A stretch of DNA of 64,000 bases from Tortispora ganteri (lineage: Eukaryota), in NCBI GenBank assembly GCA_003707115.1, contig PPNB01000003.1, positions 62,001-126,000 on the forward strand, in the 5' to 3' direction. Below the pieces are notes generated by a model that had not been told where the DNA came from, did not search any database, and worked only from the letters and a program-made list of their open reading frames with translations. Positions 62,917-64,000 of this stretch are shown here, piece after piece. Positions within the stretch are counted from its first letter, which is position 1; the number at the start of each line of letters is the position of its first letter. The translations under genes and the position numbers were made by a program.

Positions 62917-64000
62917 ATGGACTACTCTTATCAAAGCCCTGCGGCAGATGCGAAGGTTTCGCATAGTCATGACTCTTCAGTCACAGATACCTCCTCTGTC
63001 GCTCTAGGACAGGCAGTAACGCATTACGATTCTATTAATTCGAATCTTTCGGAAGCTTTGCATACTTTACCGCGCGATCGCTCCTCTTTTGAAGTCGCTG
63101 TTTCTCAGGTCCCAGGCGCATTCCCCATCAATGAGTCGCGTTCTCCTGATCTCACCATCGAACCAGCTTCAGAACCAACACCAGAATCAGCACCAGAGAC
63201 CGCTGCTGACTGCTCTTTAGACACGGTAGAGTCTTTGCAAGCACTCGACCTGGACCAGGAACCTAGACAACAGCTCGAAGTTCCCTCATCATCTCTCCTG
63301 AATATCGGCACTGATCGCTACTCTGACATATCGCTAACTCCCGTCTCGACAGCAGCCGCCCAGAACCCGCCTCAACCTATAAACCCTGTGGCTCAGATCA
63401 TATCGGACTACTCCTCAGGATCAGACACCTCGCTCCAGTCGTCACCGAATCACGTCACCCGCTCAGACAATGACACAGATGCCTGCGACGACACTCGCGA
63501 CCGGTCTCGCGACGATAGCCAACCTGCCGTTGCAATAACACAGGAACCACTTTCAGAAAATACTCCTGAAAATTTGCGAAAAGATAGTCCCGCTAAAATT
63601 GATTCCACACCTAGTGATACCGTATCGGAACCGCTGACGGAACAAAAATCTAGCACAGAACATGGCTCTTATAACGAACAAAGCTCTCAAACGGCTAGCT
63701 CTATAACTGAACCGTCGTCTATAACCATAGATTCGGCAGAACCAAAATCTGAAACTCAAAGAGAATCTTTGCGAGACACTCGCTCTGCTTCTGCCAATTC
63801 ACACTCGTTCATGCACGCACCTAGACTACCTGATGACAAAGCCACTCTTTCACGTAAAGCCAAAAGAGACAAGAAAACGAAAAGTGTTTTCAACTCTTTT
63901 ATGACAAGTATCAAAATAGGAAAGAAAGACTCAAGCACGCCTCTACCGACTAAACTGGAAATATCTAGCCCGTTTGAAATGAAGCATGTAACTCATGTTG
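62917..64000 (+). CDS. STE20: PAK kinase Ste20, N-terminal part (3' truncated; absent from the ORF track)
   Basis: Frame from ATG 62917 runs to the window end. A basic region is followed by the CRIB motif ISSPFEMKHVTHV. Confidence 0.8.
   Translation, partial: MDYSYQSPAADAKVSHSHDSSVTDTSSVALGQAVTHYDSINSNLSEALHTLPRDRSSFEVAVSQVPGAFPINESRSPDLTIEPASEPTPESAPETAADCSLDTVESLQALDLDQEPRQQLEVPSSSLLNIGTDRYSDISLTPVSTAAAQNPPQPINPVAQIISDYSSGSDTSLQSSPNHVTRSDNDTDACDDTRDRSRDDSQPAVAITQEPLSENTPENLRKDSPAKIDSTPSDTVSEPLTEQKSSTEHGSYNEQSSQTASSITEPSSITIDSAEPKSETQRESLRDTRSASANSHSFMHAPRLPDDKATLSRKAKRDKKTKSVFNSFMTSIKIGKKDSSTPLPTKLEISSPFEMKHVTHV

Overview
Gene-dense, intron-poor fungal chromosomal DNA, most consistent with an early-diverging Saccharomycotina yeast. 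Evidence for this: yeast-type dispersed 5S rRNA, retained eIF3e and NCBP3, and CTG read as Leu at invariant RPT3 positions. It carries about 35 housekeeping CDSs (partial UTP21, MMS22, BIT61-like, GON7, BTN1, RXT3, NCBP3-like, ELC1, SEN54, ULP1, arrestin-like, SRP21, PTM1, PEP4, RPT3, RAD53, SWI1, IMG2, INT6, YTP1-like, EFM5, RKM3-like, ATG26, DPP1-like, DNF3, GEP4, BYE1, GPI16, partial STE20), a tRNA-Leu(AAG) and a 5S rRNA gene. Gene calls rest on motif and family recognition by eye, with no database search. The most interesting unexplained signal is non-coding: a ~500-nt, heavily base-paired minus-strand element between RAD53 and SWI1 (about 31728-32260). It has a telomerase-RNA-like order of parts: helix, C-rich template-like tract, pseudoknot, three-way junction, then a splice donor and branch point. 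Other candidates are further structured ncRNAs (1808-2090, 26512-26845), a probable solo LTR between the tRNA and 5S genes, a 38-bp palindrome with direct repeats (50064-50218), 5'UTR introns and several microproteins. All ncRNA structures were paired by hand and need computational confirmation.
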